Positions 1 through 9,130 of a stretch of DNA of 30,008 nt are shown here, one piece after another. The translations under genes were made by a program, and so were the position numbers. The DNA lies in the sequence record DRR723986_697; one strand, given 5' to 3'. Each line of letters begins with the position of its first letter. The stretch's first letter is position 1. The notes beneath the pieces are model-generated. The model had not been told where the DNA came from, searched no databases, and was given only the letters and a program-made list of their open reading frames with translations.

Positions 1-64
1 ACCAACTGGTCACAGCGCACCACGACTGGAAAAGTCTCCTCATTGCCAATGAGGACCTCGCCCG

Positions 65-1045
65 TTGCCGTCTCCAGCCCAGCCTCCCGCAACCATCGCC
101 CGGCATGCCTCCATGCTGCGCACGGCCTTTGCCGGACCTGTTCAGGCGGCGCTGGAAGCCAGCGACACGGTCGAAATCCTTGCCAATTCCGACGGATCGG
201 TCTGGATCGAGCGGACCGGACACGGACTGGTTCGGGCGCCGGATTTTCTCGGCGCGCCCGAGCGGGAACGGATCATCCGCCTGGTCGCGTCATTTACGAA
301 AGAGTCCTGTGATCACTCAAGCCCGATCATTTCGGCCGAACTCCCCCACACAGGAGAGCGGTTTGAAGGCATTCTTCCGCCCGTGTCGCAAGCGCCTTGT
401 TTCGCAATACGCAAAGCGACTCAGGATCCGGTGCCCCTGGACCGTTACGAGCGGTCCGGCGCCATCTCTCCTGCACTTCTGACCGCGCTTCGCAAAGCCC
501 TTCAGGAGCGGCTAAACATTGTCATCGCCGGAGGCACCTCTTCGGGAAAGACAACCTTTGCCAATGCCCTGCTCGCAGAGCATCTGCTGGTGGAAGATCG
601 CATCGTCATTCTTGAGGATACGCGAGAGCTTCGCTGTATCGCTCCCAATGTCGCGCAATTGCGAACTCATAGGTCTTCTGTCACGCTTTGCGATCTCGTC
701 CGGTCGACCATGCGCCTGCGACCGGACCGGATCATCGTCGGAGAGGTCCGTGGCGGAGAGGCCCTGGATCTCCTGAAGGCGTGGAATACCGGCCATCCCG
801 GCGGGATCACGACGCTGCATGCCAATTCAGCCCATGGCGCCCTCATTCGCCTCGAGCATCTGGTCGCAGAAGCCACATCCGGACTTCCCTACGCATTGAT
901 CGGCGAAGCCGTCGATGTCGTCGTCTTCATGTCACGCAGCTCAGGTGAGCGGCGGGTGGAAGAGGCCCTGCGGGTCCTGCGCTTTGACGAAGACGGATAC
1001 CACACCGAGCCACTCGTCGCCCCCAGCTTCACAATCGTTCAATAA
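65..1045 (+). CDS. trbB: P-type conjugative transfer ATPase TrbB (VirB11 family)
   Basis: 326 aa; Walker A GGTSSGKTT, LEDTREL, RLRPDRIIVGEVRG and WNTGHPGG motifs; first gene of the trb run. TTG start with GAGG upstream, so the start is uncertain. Confidence 0.95.
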   Translation: MPSPAQPPATIARHASMLRTAFAGPVQAALEASDTVEILANSDGSVWIERTGHGLVRAPDFLGAPERERIIRLVASFTKESCDHSSPIISAELPHTGERFEGILPPVSQAPCFAIRKATQDPVPLDRYERSGAISPALLTALRKALQERLNIVIAGGTSSGKTTFANALLAEHLLVEDRIVILEDTRELRCIAPNVAQLRTHRSSVTLCDLVRSTMRLRPDRIIVGEVRGGEALDLLKAWNTGHPGGITTLHANSAHGALIRLEHLVAEATSGLPYALIGEAVDVVVFMSRSSGERRVEEALRVLRFDEDGYHTEPLVAPSFTIVQ

Positions 1046-1057
1046 GGAGATTTCCAG

Positions 1058-1390
1058 ATGCTCTATAAAACGGTCGACGCCATCCATCGCAGTCTTCAAT
1101 GCGGCCTCATCCTCACAAGTATCGCGCTGGTTGCTCCGCCAGCACATGCCGCAGGGTCCGGTATGCCCTGGGAAGGACCGCTTGATCAAATTCTTCAGTC
1201 CATTGAAGGCCCCGTTGCCCGGATCGTGGCAGTGATCATCATTACACTGACCGGCCTGACCCTCGCATTCGGTGAATCCTCTGGCGGTTTCCGCAAGCTT
1301 ATCCAGATCGTATTCGGTCTGTCGATCGCCTTTGCTGCGACCAGCTTTTTTCTGACTTTTTTCTCATTCGGCGGCGGCGCGCTGGTCTGA
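1058..1390 (+). CDS. trbC: Conjugal pilin TrbC (VirB2 family)
   Basis: Leader ending AHA, then the typical AGSGMPWEGPL..IEGPVA motif and two hydrophobic segments; SD AAGGAG. Confidence 0.95.
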   Translation: MLYKTVDAIHRSLQCGLILTSIALVAPPAHAAGSGMPWEGPLDQILQSIEGPVARIVAVIIITLTGLTLAFGESSGGFRKLIQIVFGLSIAFAATSFFLTFFSFGGGALV

Positions 1391-1644
1391 TGGCAGAAGG
1401 GTACGAAATTCCGCTTCACCGGGCGATCGCGGAACCCATTCTTCTGGCGGGGGCCCCGAGAAGCGCAGCTATTGCGATCGGAACGCTCGCGGCAGTCCTC
1501 GCACTCGGCCTTCGCCTCTGGTTACCCGGGCTTGGCGTGTGGATCATGGGGCATTCTGCAGCGGTCTTTCTGGCGCGCCTCGATCCGGACTTCATGTTGG
1601 TTGCCCTTCGCTCCGCCCGTCACAGGGAGCACCTTTCATGCTGA
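1390..1644 (+). CDS. trbD: Conjugal transfer protein TrbD (VirB3 family)
   Basis: 84 aa, PLHRAIAEPILLAGAPR motif, hydrophobic core, DPDF near the C-terminus; TGATG overlap with trbC. Confidence 0.93.
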   Translation: MAEGYEIPLHRAIAEPILLAGAPRSAAIAIGTLAAVLALGLRLWLPGLGVWIMGHSAAVFLARLDPDFMLVALRSARHREHLSC

Positions 1645-4091
1645 ACCTTTCAGAGTACGCCACCAGGCCCCGCCTGCTTGCGGACTATTTGCCATGGGCC
1701 TGCCTGGTCGCACCCGGCATCGTGCTCAACAAGGATGGCTCTTTTCAGACGACGTTCCGCTATCGCGGCCCCGATCTTGAGAGTTCGACCGAAAGCGAAC
1801 TCGTTGCCACGACCGCGAGGGTCAATAATGTTCTGCGACGGTTCGGCAGCGGCTGGGCCTTGTTTTTTGAAGCCGCACGCCGACCGGCAGACGATTACGT
1901 CGAAGGCCGGTTCAACAATGCCTTTGCCTGGTTGGTGGATCAGGAACGCGGCGCCGCAACGCAAGAGAATACAGCGCGGTTTGAGAGCGACTATTTTCTG
2001 TCTCTTGTCTGGCTACCTCCTGCGGATGTGGAAGGCCGCGCCGAGCAGGCGCTGATTGAACGCCCGCCGCGTAGGGAAAACGAAGGCTGGCGGCAGAAAC
2101 TGGAACAATTCGAAACAAGATCCAGACAGGTCTTTGACCTGCTCTCAGGGTGCCTGTCCGAAATGGCTCCGCTCAGCAATGACGAAACGCTGACCTATCT
2201 CCATGCCTGTGTTTCGACCCGGCATCACCTGGTCCAAACCCCGGATCTGCCCGTCTTCCTTGATGCCATTCTCGCCGATGAGCCCTTTACGGGCGGCCTC
2301 GAACCCATGATCGGAGAGGCCCACATCCGGACACTGACCTTACTCGGTTTTCCGGCCACGACATTCCCCGGCCTGCTCGACGAGCTCAATCGTCAGGGTT
2401 TTGCCTATCGATGGGTGACCCGTTTCATTGCGCTCGACAAAGCCGACGCAGAAAAGCTCTTGTCCAGGAAACGGCGCCATTGGTTTGCCAAACGCAAATC
2501 GGTCGGGGTCGTCCTTCGCGAAACACTTTTCAATGAGGCTGCAGGCCTTCTCGACAATGATGCATCCAACAAGGCGGCAGATGTTGACAGCGCCCTTCAG
2601 GAGCTCGGATCGGACCTTGTCTCCTATGGCTACATGACCACGACGCTGATCGTCACAGACAAGAATGTTCGCGCGGTCGATGACCAGCTTCGCGCGGCAG
2701 AGCGCATCTTTCATGGCCGCGGCCTCACATCTATCCGGGAAACCCTGAACGCCGCAGAAGCCTGGCTCGGATCTCTGCCCGGCCATGTCTATGCCAATGT
2801 CCGCCAACCCATTGTTTCTTCATTGAACCTGGCCCACCTCCTGCCTTTGTCCGCCGTCTGGGCGGGTGCTGCCCGCAATGAACACCTGAACGCACCGGCA
2901 CTTCTGGAAGCCCGAACGGATGGCACGACCCCTTTTCGGGTAAACCTGCATGTCGGAGATGTCGGACACACGCTCATTGTCGGTCCAACCGGGGCAGGAA
3001 AATCCGTCCTTCTCTCCTTCCTGTCCTTGCAATTCAGCCGTTACACGGATCCGCAGGTCTTTGTGTTTGACAAAGGACGCTCAATACGCGCCGCCATGCT
3101 GGCGATGGGCGGCGCTTATGTCGCCCTGAATAGCTCCGATGCGCCGTCACTTCAGCCTTTGAGAGATATCGATCGGGAGCGAGGGGCGACATTCGCAACA
3201 GACTGGCTGGCGGGTCTTTGCGCCGCCGAGGGCGTCGTCATGACCCCTGACCTGAAAGCAACACTCTGGGACGGGATACAGGCGCTTGCATCAACGCCGG
3301 TTCCCGAGCGTACCCTGACAGGTCTCAGCCTGCTCATTCAGTCACCTGTCCTGAAGGCCGCCTTGCATCCATACACATTGGACGGGCCCTATGGACGCTT
3401 GTTGGACGGTGATGAAGAAACGCTGGAATTCAGCCATTTCGCTTGTTTCGAAATGGAAGAACTGATGCATAGTCCAGGCGCTGTAGCTCCCGTCATCTCA
3501 TACCTCTTCCACCGGCTTGAAGCAAAGTTCGACGGACGTCCAACCCTCCTTGTTCTGGATGAGGCCTGGCTCTATCTGGATCACCCGGTCTTTGCATCGC
3601 GCCTGCGCGACTGGTTCAAGACACTCCGTAAAAAGAATGTTTCCGTTGTTTTTGCAACGCAATCGCTGACCGACATCGAAACCTCATCGATTTCATCCAC
3701 CTTGATTGAATCCTGTCCCACCAGAATTTTCCTGCCCAATGACCGGGCACGTGAGCAGGGGCAGACCGACATCTATCGCCGGTTCGGTCTCAATGACCGC
3801 CAGATTGACATTCTTGCACACGCCCAACCAAAGCAGGACTATTACTACACCTCCCCGCTCGGCGCCCGACTGTTCGATCTCGGCCTCGGACCAATCGCGC
3901 TCTCGGTCTGCGCCTCAGCGTCCCCCGGAGACCAGGCAATTCTGGAACGCTGCCTGGCAACATCAGGTGCCGGCGGACTGGTCGGAGATTACCTGCGCAT
4001 GAAAGACCTCGGATGGGCGGCGGACCTTTTGTCAGCCTGGCCTGGTCCAGGCGAAGCATCATCCCCTCACGCCAACGCAAAGCCGGAATAG
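1638..4091 (+). CDS. trbE: Conjugal transfer ATPase TrbE (VirB4 family)
   Basis: Start moved to ATG 1638 (MLNLSEY..LADYLPWA), overlapping the trbD end; Walker A GPTGAGKS, Walker B LVLDEAW, LRKKNVSVVFATQS. Confidence 0.95.
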   Translation: MLNLSEYATRPRLLADYLPWACLVAPGIVLNKDGSFQTTFRYRGPDLESSTESELVATTARVNNVLRRFGSGWALFFEAARRPADDYVEGRFNNAFAWLVDQERGAATQENTARFESDYFLSLVWLPPADVEGRAEQALIERPPRRENEGWRQKLEQFETRSRQVFDLLSGCLSEMAPLSNDETLTYLHACVSTRHHLVQTPDLPVFLDAILADEPFTGGLEPMIGEAHIRTLTLLGFPATTFPGLLDELNRQGFAYRWVTRFIALDKADAEKLLSRKRRHWFAKRKSVGVVLRETLFNEAAGLLDNDASNKAADVDSALQELGSDLVSYGYMTTTLIVTDKNVRAVDDQLRAAERIFHGRGLTSIRETLNAAEAWLGSLPGHVYANVRQPIVSSLNLAHLLPLSAVWAGAARNEHLNAPALLEARTDGTTPFRVNLHVGDVGHTLIVGPTGAGKSVLLSFLSLQFSRYTDPQVFVFDKGRSIRAAMLAMGGAYVALNSSDAPSLQPLRDIDRERGATFATDWLAGLCAAEGVVMTPDLKATLWDGIQALASTPVPERTLTGLSLLIQSPVLKAALHPYTLDGPYGRLLDGDEETLEFSHFACFEMEELMHSPGAVAPVISYLFHRLEAKFDGRPTLLVLDEAWLYLDHPVFASRLRDWFKTLRKKNVSVVFATQSLTDIETSSISSTLIESCPTRIFLPNDRAREQGQTDIYRRFGLNDRQIDILAHAQPKQDYYYTSPLGARLFDLGLGPIALSVCASASPGDQAILERCLATSGAGGLVGDYLRMKDLGWAADLLSAWPGPGEASSPHANAKPE

Positions 4092-4101
4092 GAGATCCGC
4101 C

Positions 4102-4806
4102 TTGAACCGACCCTCAGTCTGCGCCGCTCTGTCCCTCTCCATACTGCTGTGCGCGGGTATCGCTCCGCCTGCAACAGCGCAGTTGTCTGTCTACGACCCC
4201 GCAAACCATGCTCAGAACATTCTGCAAGCCGCGCGCGCCCTGCAGCAACTCGACCAGCAGGTCGAACAGCTGACCCATGAAATCGACATGCTTGAAAACA
4301 TGGCACGCGACCTTGAAACCTTTCCAACAGACCTCACCCGCGCGATCATTCAGGACCGCATCTCGCGCATCGAAATTCTTCTTCGCAAGGCAGAAGGGGT
4401 CGGCTACGAAATTGGTGAGGTCGAACGCAGATATAACGAGGCCTACCCCGAAACATATGGTGACACGCCGCCTTCTGCGTCTGCCCTCCTCAGAGACGCC
4501 CGCTCCCGCTGGGCACAATCGCGCACAGCGCACCGAGATGTTCTGCTCATGGTGGCGGAGACCACCGCAGCAAACCAGACCAATGCCGGGGCGCTGTCCG
4601 AGCTCGTTCGCGGAAGCCAGGAGGCTGCAGGTAATCTGCAGGCGCTTCAGGCAGGCAATCAGATCGGCGCGCTCTCAACCGAACAGCTGATCCGTATAGA
4701 AACCCTGATGGCAGCCCACTATCGCGCCCGGTCGCTTGATGAAGCCAGGCGTCTTGCTGAAGCCACCAGAGCGCGCGCACGCTTCAGAACCTTTCTGGAG
4801 AAGTGA
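4102..4806 (+). CDS. trbJ: P-type conjugative transfer protein TrbJ (VirB5-like)
   Basis: Signal peptide, VYDPANHAQN motif, GNLQALQAGNQ motif; position after trbE; SD AGGAGA before the TTG. Confidence 0.92.
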   Translation: MNRPSVCAALSLSILLCAGIAPPATAQLSVYDPANHAQNILQAARALQQLDQQVEQLTHEIDMLENMARDLETFPTDLTRAIIQDRISRIEILLRKAEGVGYEIGEVERRYNEAYPETYGDTPPSASALLRDARSRWAQSRTAHRDVLLMVAETTAANQTNAGALSELVRGSQEAAGNLQALQAGNQIGALSTEQLIRIETLMAAHYRARSLDEARRLAEATRARARFRTFLEK

Positions 4807-4812
4807 TGCCTC

Positions 4813-6114
4813 ATGGAAGAGATGGATGTCATCGATCGGTTCCTGGATATTTTTATCTCCTACATCGATTCCGGATTTGGCCTGCTTCAGGGCGATATCG
4901 CCTATCTCACATCCACGCTGATCGTGATCGACGTCACACTGGCGGGTCTCTTCTGGGCCCTGTCAGAGAGCGCAGACGTTATGTCGGGTCTCCTCAAGAA
5001 AGTTCTCTATGTCGGCTTTTTCGCCTTCCTGCTCGGCAATTTCTCTTTCCTGGCTGACACGCTGTTCCGGAGTTTTGCAGGCCTCGGGGTGAAAGCCGGG
5101 TCTGCGACCCTGAGCGCAGAAGACCTGATGCGACCCGGCTATATCGCCTCAGTCGGGTTCGAAGCCGCCCTGCCGCTGATTGAAGACATCGCAGATATGC
5201 TGGGCCCGATCGCCTTCTTCGAAAATTTCGTGATGATTGCCGTGCTGCTGATCGCCTGGGCTGTCATCCTGATTGCCTTCTTCGTGCTGGCCGTCCAGCT
5301 TTTCGTGACAATCCTCGAATTCAAACTGACAACGCTCGCCGGCTTCGTACTTGTTCCTTTTGCCCTCTGGAACAAGACGGCCTTTCTCGCCGAACGGGTG
5401 CTTGGCAATGTCATCAGCTCGGGCATCAAACTCATGGTGCTGGCCGTCATTATCGGCATCGGCTCGACCCTGTTCGGGGCGATCACAGATGCTTTTTCCG
5501 GTCCGGGCGATGCCACTCTGGCGGACGTTATGGGCGCCGTCCTGGCAGCCATCGTTTTTCTCTGGATTGGGATCTCCGGCCCCGGTATTGCCGCCGGACT
5601 TGTCACAGGTGCGCCTCAATTGGGGGCAGGCTCCCTCGCAGGCACCACAGCTGCTGTCGGCGCCGGAACCCTGCTTGCTGGCGCAGGTGGCGCCAGCGCC
5701 GTGCGGGGCGTTTCAGCCGGGGTTAAAGCCGGCGCCTCGCTCGCGGGCGGCGCCCGGACCGCCTATGACCTCGGCCAGGTCAGATCGGCTCAGACAGGCT
5801 GGCGTGGGGTTGTCGCCGGGGCGCGAGGCGTCGCTTCGGCCGGCGGGACTGGTCTTCGCAACATTGCCGCCAGGCCGTTCTCAAATGTCAGGTCCGCCTA
5901 TCGCGACGGCGCCCGGCAAGCCTTCGGCACGACGGGCGGCTCTGCCGGAGCAGGCGATGAACCGTCAGCCTCACCAGCGAAACCCGCCTGGGCCCGGCGA
6001 CTGACGGCAGAACAGCGACTGCAACATGCCGGCGCCCTGACGGTGCATGCCTTGCGAGACGGTGATCGCGGCATGAGCGGCGCAATCCCTTCCCTGAAAA
6101 ATGACGAGGACTGA
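4813..6114 (+). CDS. trbL: P-type conjugative transfer protein TrbL (VirB6 family)
   Basis: IDRFLDIFISYIDSGFGLL N-terminus, multiple TM segments, EFKLTTLAGFVLVPF motif, Gly/Ala-rich tail. Confidence 0.95.
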   Translation: MEEMDVIDRFLDIFISYIDSGFGLLQGDIAYLTSTLIVIDVTLAGLFWALSESADVMSGLLKKVLYVGFFAFLLGNFSFLADTLFRSFAGLGVKAGSATLSAEDLMRPGYIASVGFEAALPLIEDIADMLGPIAFFENFVMIAVLLIAWAVILIAFFVLAVQLFVTILEFKLTTLAGFVLVPFALWNKTAFLAERVLGNVISSGIKLMVLAVIIGIGSTLFGAITDAFSGPGDATLADVMGAVLAAIVFLWIGISGPGIAAGLVTGAPQLGAGSLAGTTAAVGAGTLLAGAGGASAVRGVSAGVKAGASLAGGARTAYDLGQVRSAQTGWRGVVAGARGVASAGGTGLRNIAARPFSNVRSAYRDGARQAFGTTGGSAGAGDEPSASPAKPAWARRLTAEQRLQHAGALTVHALRDGDRGMSGAIPSLKNDED

Positions 6115-6118
6115 GCAG

Positions 6119-6817
6119 ATGATTTTCAAACGCAGCTCAACCCATTACGGACAGAGCCCGTTTCCCGAGACACCCTACCAGAAAGCCGGTCAGGTCTGGG
6201 ACGAGCGAATAGGCTCTGCACGTGTCCAGGCGAAAAACTGGCGAATAATGGCGCTCGGTCTCCTTGGTGTCGTGATATTCAGCTCCGGCGCACTTGTCTG
6301 GAAGAGCCTGCAATCAACCGTCACGCCTTATGTGGTTGAAGTCGACGAGATGGGCGCCGTGCGAGCCGTCGGGCCGGCCATGGCGACTTACAAGCCGGAT
6401 GATGCCCAGATCGCCCACCACCTTGCAAACTTCATCGAGTATCTGCGAAGCCTTTCCATCGACCCGGTCGTCGTTCGACAGAACTGGCTGAAAGCCTATG
6501 ATTTTGTCACCGACAAGGCTGCCATCACCCTGAATGAATATGCGCGGGACAATGATCCGTTTGCCGATATCGGCAGAAAGTCGCGCGCGGTGGAGGTTGT
6601 TTCGGTTGTCCGGGTTTCCGATGACAGCTTCCAGGCGCGCTGGGTCGAGAAAACCTATGAGAACGGCGCGCTGACAATCATACGGCGTTACACCGGCCTG
6701 TTCACTCTGATCCAGGACCCGCCGCACGACGCCGAAACCCTTCGCGTCAATCCACTCGGCATATATGTCCACAGCCTCAATTGGGGCGAAGACCTTGTCA
6801 CAGGAGACAATAAATGA
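6119..6817 (+). CDS. trbF: Conjugal transfer protein TrbF (VirB8 family)
   Basis: ATG 6119 after SD GAGGA; ETPYQKAGQVWDERIGSARVQAKNWR, one TM helix, C-terminal NPLGIYV. Confidence 0.95.
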   Translation: MIFKRSSTHYGQSPFPETPYQKAGQVWDERIGSARVQAKNWRIMALGLLGVVIFSSGALVWKSLQSTVTPYVVEVDEMGAVRAVGPAMATYKPDDAQIAHHLANFIEYLRSLSIDPVVVRQNWLKAYDFVTDKAAITLNEYARDNDPFADIGRKSRAVEVVSVVRVSDDSFQARWVEKTYENGALTIIRRYTGLFTLIQDPPHDAETLRVNPLGIYVHSLNWGEDLVTGDNK

Positions 6818-7818
6818 TCCGCCCTCCGCTTACCGTCCTGGCCTGCCTGCTCGCATCTGCCTGCGCCACATCGCCGGAAAACCATTCCAGCCCGACTGAG
6901 CGGCACGACTTTGTCGCCGCAGCGCTCGATGCCAACATTCCCGAACACCCCGTTCAAATTGTCGAGACAGCAATACCGCTTCCTCTGCCAGGCCAGTTGA
7001 AACCCCTCGACCCCTCTCCTGCAGCAACAAGCCTGCCCCCCGCTGAAATCATTGCGAAGGGAACCCACGCGGCCCGGCTCGAACCGACGGCTGATGGCTA
7101 TTTGAACGCGATACATGTCTATCCTTATACAGAAGGGGCTCTCTACTGCCTCTATGCCAGCCCGGGACAGGTGTCCGATATCGCCCTCCAGCCCGGGGAA
7201 ACACTGGTTTCGGTATCTGCCGGTGATACTGTGCGCTGGGTGGTCGGTGACACCTCATCCGGATCGGGCGATGACACCCGGACCCATATTCTGGTGAAGC
7301 CAGTCGCCTCCGGCCTCACCACAAACCTCATGATCGCAACAGACCGGCGGACCTATCATCTGGAGCTGACCAGTCTCGAAACCAGCTATATGGCTGCCCT
7401 GTCCTGGCGATATCCAGCCGATGAACTGGCCATTCTGACATCCCGCAATCAGATCGCCCGGTCACGCCAGGCCGAATCGATCTCCCCCAATCTGAATCTC
7501 AGCGACCTCAACTTCGACTATCGGATGGAAGGCGACAGGCCAGACTGGCGTCCGGTCCGGGTGTTCGATGACGGACGACGGGTTTTCATTCAGATGCCGG
7601 CAGATCTCGCAATGACCGAGGCTCCGCCGCTCTTTGTTCTCGGCAGGAAAGGGAATGCCGAACTTATCAATTATCGTATTCGCGGCTCATACTATATTGT
7701 CGATCATCTCTTCGAGGCAGCTGAACTCCGCCTTGGCACAGCGCCGCAGACCATCGTTCGCCTGCGCAGAGGCAAGGCGCCAGCTGGTTTTGCCGCTTTG
7801 TTCGGTGACCGGAAATGA
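6814..7818 (+). CDS. trbG: P-type conjugative transfer protein TrbG (VirB9 family)
   Basis: Lipobox-like LASAC, DIALQPGE, GDTVRW, TDRRTYHLEL, VFDDGRRVFI; 4-bp overlap with trbF. Confidence 0.95.
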   Translation: MIRPPLTVLACLLASACATSPENHSSPTERHDFVAAALDANIPEHPVQIVETAIPLPLPGQLKPLDPSPAATSLPPAEIIAKGTHAARLEPTADGYLNAIHVYPYTEGALYCLYASPGQVSDIALQPGETLVSVSAGDTVRWVVGDTSSGSGDDTRTHILVKPVASGLTTNLMIATDRRTYHLELTSLETSYMAALSWRYPADELAILTSRNQIARSRQAESISPNLNLSDLNFDYRMEGDRPDWRPVRVFDDGRRVFIQMPADLAMTEAPPLFVLGRKGNAELINYRIRGSYYIVDHLFEAAELRLGTAPQTIVRLRRGKAPAGFAALFGDRK

Positions 7819-9059
7819 CCGGGCCTTCCCCCTTCCCGAAACGATCCGACACGTTGAAACTCGGGGCAAAGATCCGCCCCGTCACAAGGATCAATCGCAA
7901 GGTCCTCATGGCGGGAGCAGCAATCGGTGTTCTGGGGATTTTTGCGGCGATCTCGGTTGCGTTCGCGCCGCCCAGAGGTCTTGAGGCGGCCGATCACAGG
8001 GAGCTCTTCAACACCGTCACCAAACGCACGCCGGATGGTCTGACGGAGTTGCCCGCTTCTTATGCAAACTGGAACCCGGACATACCCCGGCTCGGCGCCC
8101 CGCTCACCGGCGATCTCGGCGCCACCATGGTGGCCGAAGAGCGGGAATGGGGATTGCAGCCCGATTGGCAGGTTCCGCCTGACCCGGACTTCCGGCCATC
8201 ACAGGAAGAAGAGGCCGCCCGCGCCCGAAAGCTCGCAGAGGCAAAACTTGCTGACCAGGCGCTCAAAGCGGGGGTCTTTTTCGACGTCTCCCTGCAGAGC
8301 CCGATGCAGCAGCTCCAACCACCCGACCGATCGAGGGAGACATCCGGCTCGGAACTGCTGGCGCTTGCCACACGCACCGGCGATGCTTCAGCCCGCCGCA
8401 GCCCGGACGCAAATGCCAATTTTCAGGATCGGAAGATCGCTTTTGCTGACAGCCGTGCCGATGATGACATTTACAATCCCCATGGAATCGAAACGCCCGC
8501 CTCGCCCTTCCAGCTGATGGCCGGATCGCTGATTTCAGCGTCCCTGGTGACCGGCATCAACAGCGACCTGCCCGGAACAGTCATCGCACAGGTGACCCAG
8601 CCGGTATATGATTCCATATCCGGCAACCACCTCCTGATCCCGCAGGGATCCCGCCTGATTGGTCGCTATCAGTCGGAAATCTCGTTCGGACAATCACGTG
8701 CGCTACTCGTCTGGGAAAGGATCCTGTTCCCGGATGGACGCTCGATCCGGATCTCGGAGCCGGGCGCAGATACAGCCGGCGCTGCCGGGCTCTCTGATCG
8801 AACCGACAATCACTGGGACAAGGTCCTGGCTGCAGCAGGTCTGGCAACAATACTCGGAATGGGCGCTGAATTCGGCAAGGACGATGATGGCCTGGAACGC
8901 GCGATCCGACGCGGGTTTGGTGACAGTATTTCCGATGCCGGTCAGCGGGTCGTTGACCGGAATCTCGCCATCCAGCCAACGCTTCGCATTCGTCCCGGCT
9001 GGCCTGTCCGAATCCTGGTGACCCGCGATATCATTTTCGAGCCATTTGAGCGACCATAA
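7815..9059 (+). CDS. trbI: Conjugal transfer protein TrbI (VirB10 family)
   Basis: N-terminal TM; AGSLISASLVTGINSDLPG, LLIPQGSRLIGRY, DNHW and IQPTLRIRPG motifs. Confidence 0.95.
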   Translation: MTGPSPFPKRSDTLKLGAKIRPVTRINRKVLMAGAAIGVLGIFAAISVAFAPPRGLEAADHRELFNTVTKRTPDGLTELPASYANWNPDIPRLGAPLTGDLGATMVAEEREWGLQPDWQVPPDPDFRPSQEEEAARARKLAEAKLADQALKAGVFFDVSLQSPMQQLQPPDRSRETSGSELLALATRTGDASARRSPDANANFQDRKIAFADSRADDDIYNPHGIETPASPFQLMAGSLISASLVTGINSDLPGTVIAQVTQPVYDSISGNHLLIPQGSRLIGRYQSEISFGQSRALLVWERILFPDGRSIRISEPGADTAGAAGLSDRTDNHWDKVLAAAGLATILGMGAEFGKDDDGLERAIRRGFGDSISDAGQRVVDRNLAIQPTLRIRPGWPVRILVTRDIIFEPFERP

Positions 9060-9130
9060 CCGCGACGCCCTGACTCTGGACGCAGCGCAACAGTCAGAAT
9101 AAGTCTCCCTCCGACAAGAGGAGACACCGG

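Larger units (their letters stand above)
65..9059 (+). mobile_element. Mating-pair-formation (type IV secretion) module of a Tn4371-like integrative conjugative element or its remnant; left part outside the window
   Basis: Gene order trbBCDEJLFGI with translational coupling; by eye, more A/T-ending codons than downstream genes. No integrase, relaxase or att site is visible in the window. Confidence 0.7.

Noticed and set aside
1-64. 3' end of an upstream gene (traG or CopG-like) before trbB
   Set aside because: Too short to assign; one frame stops at 50-52 but shows no diagnostic motif.
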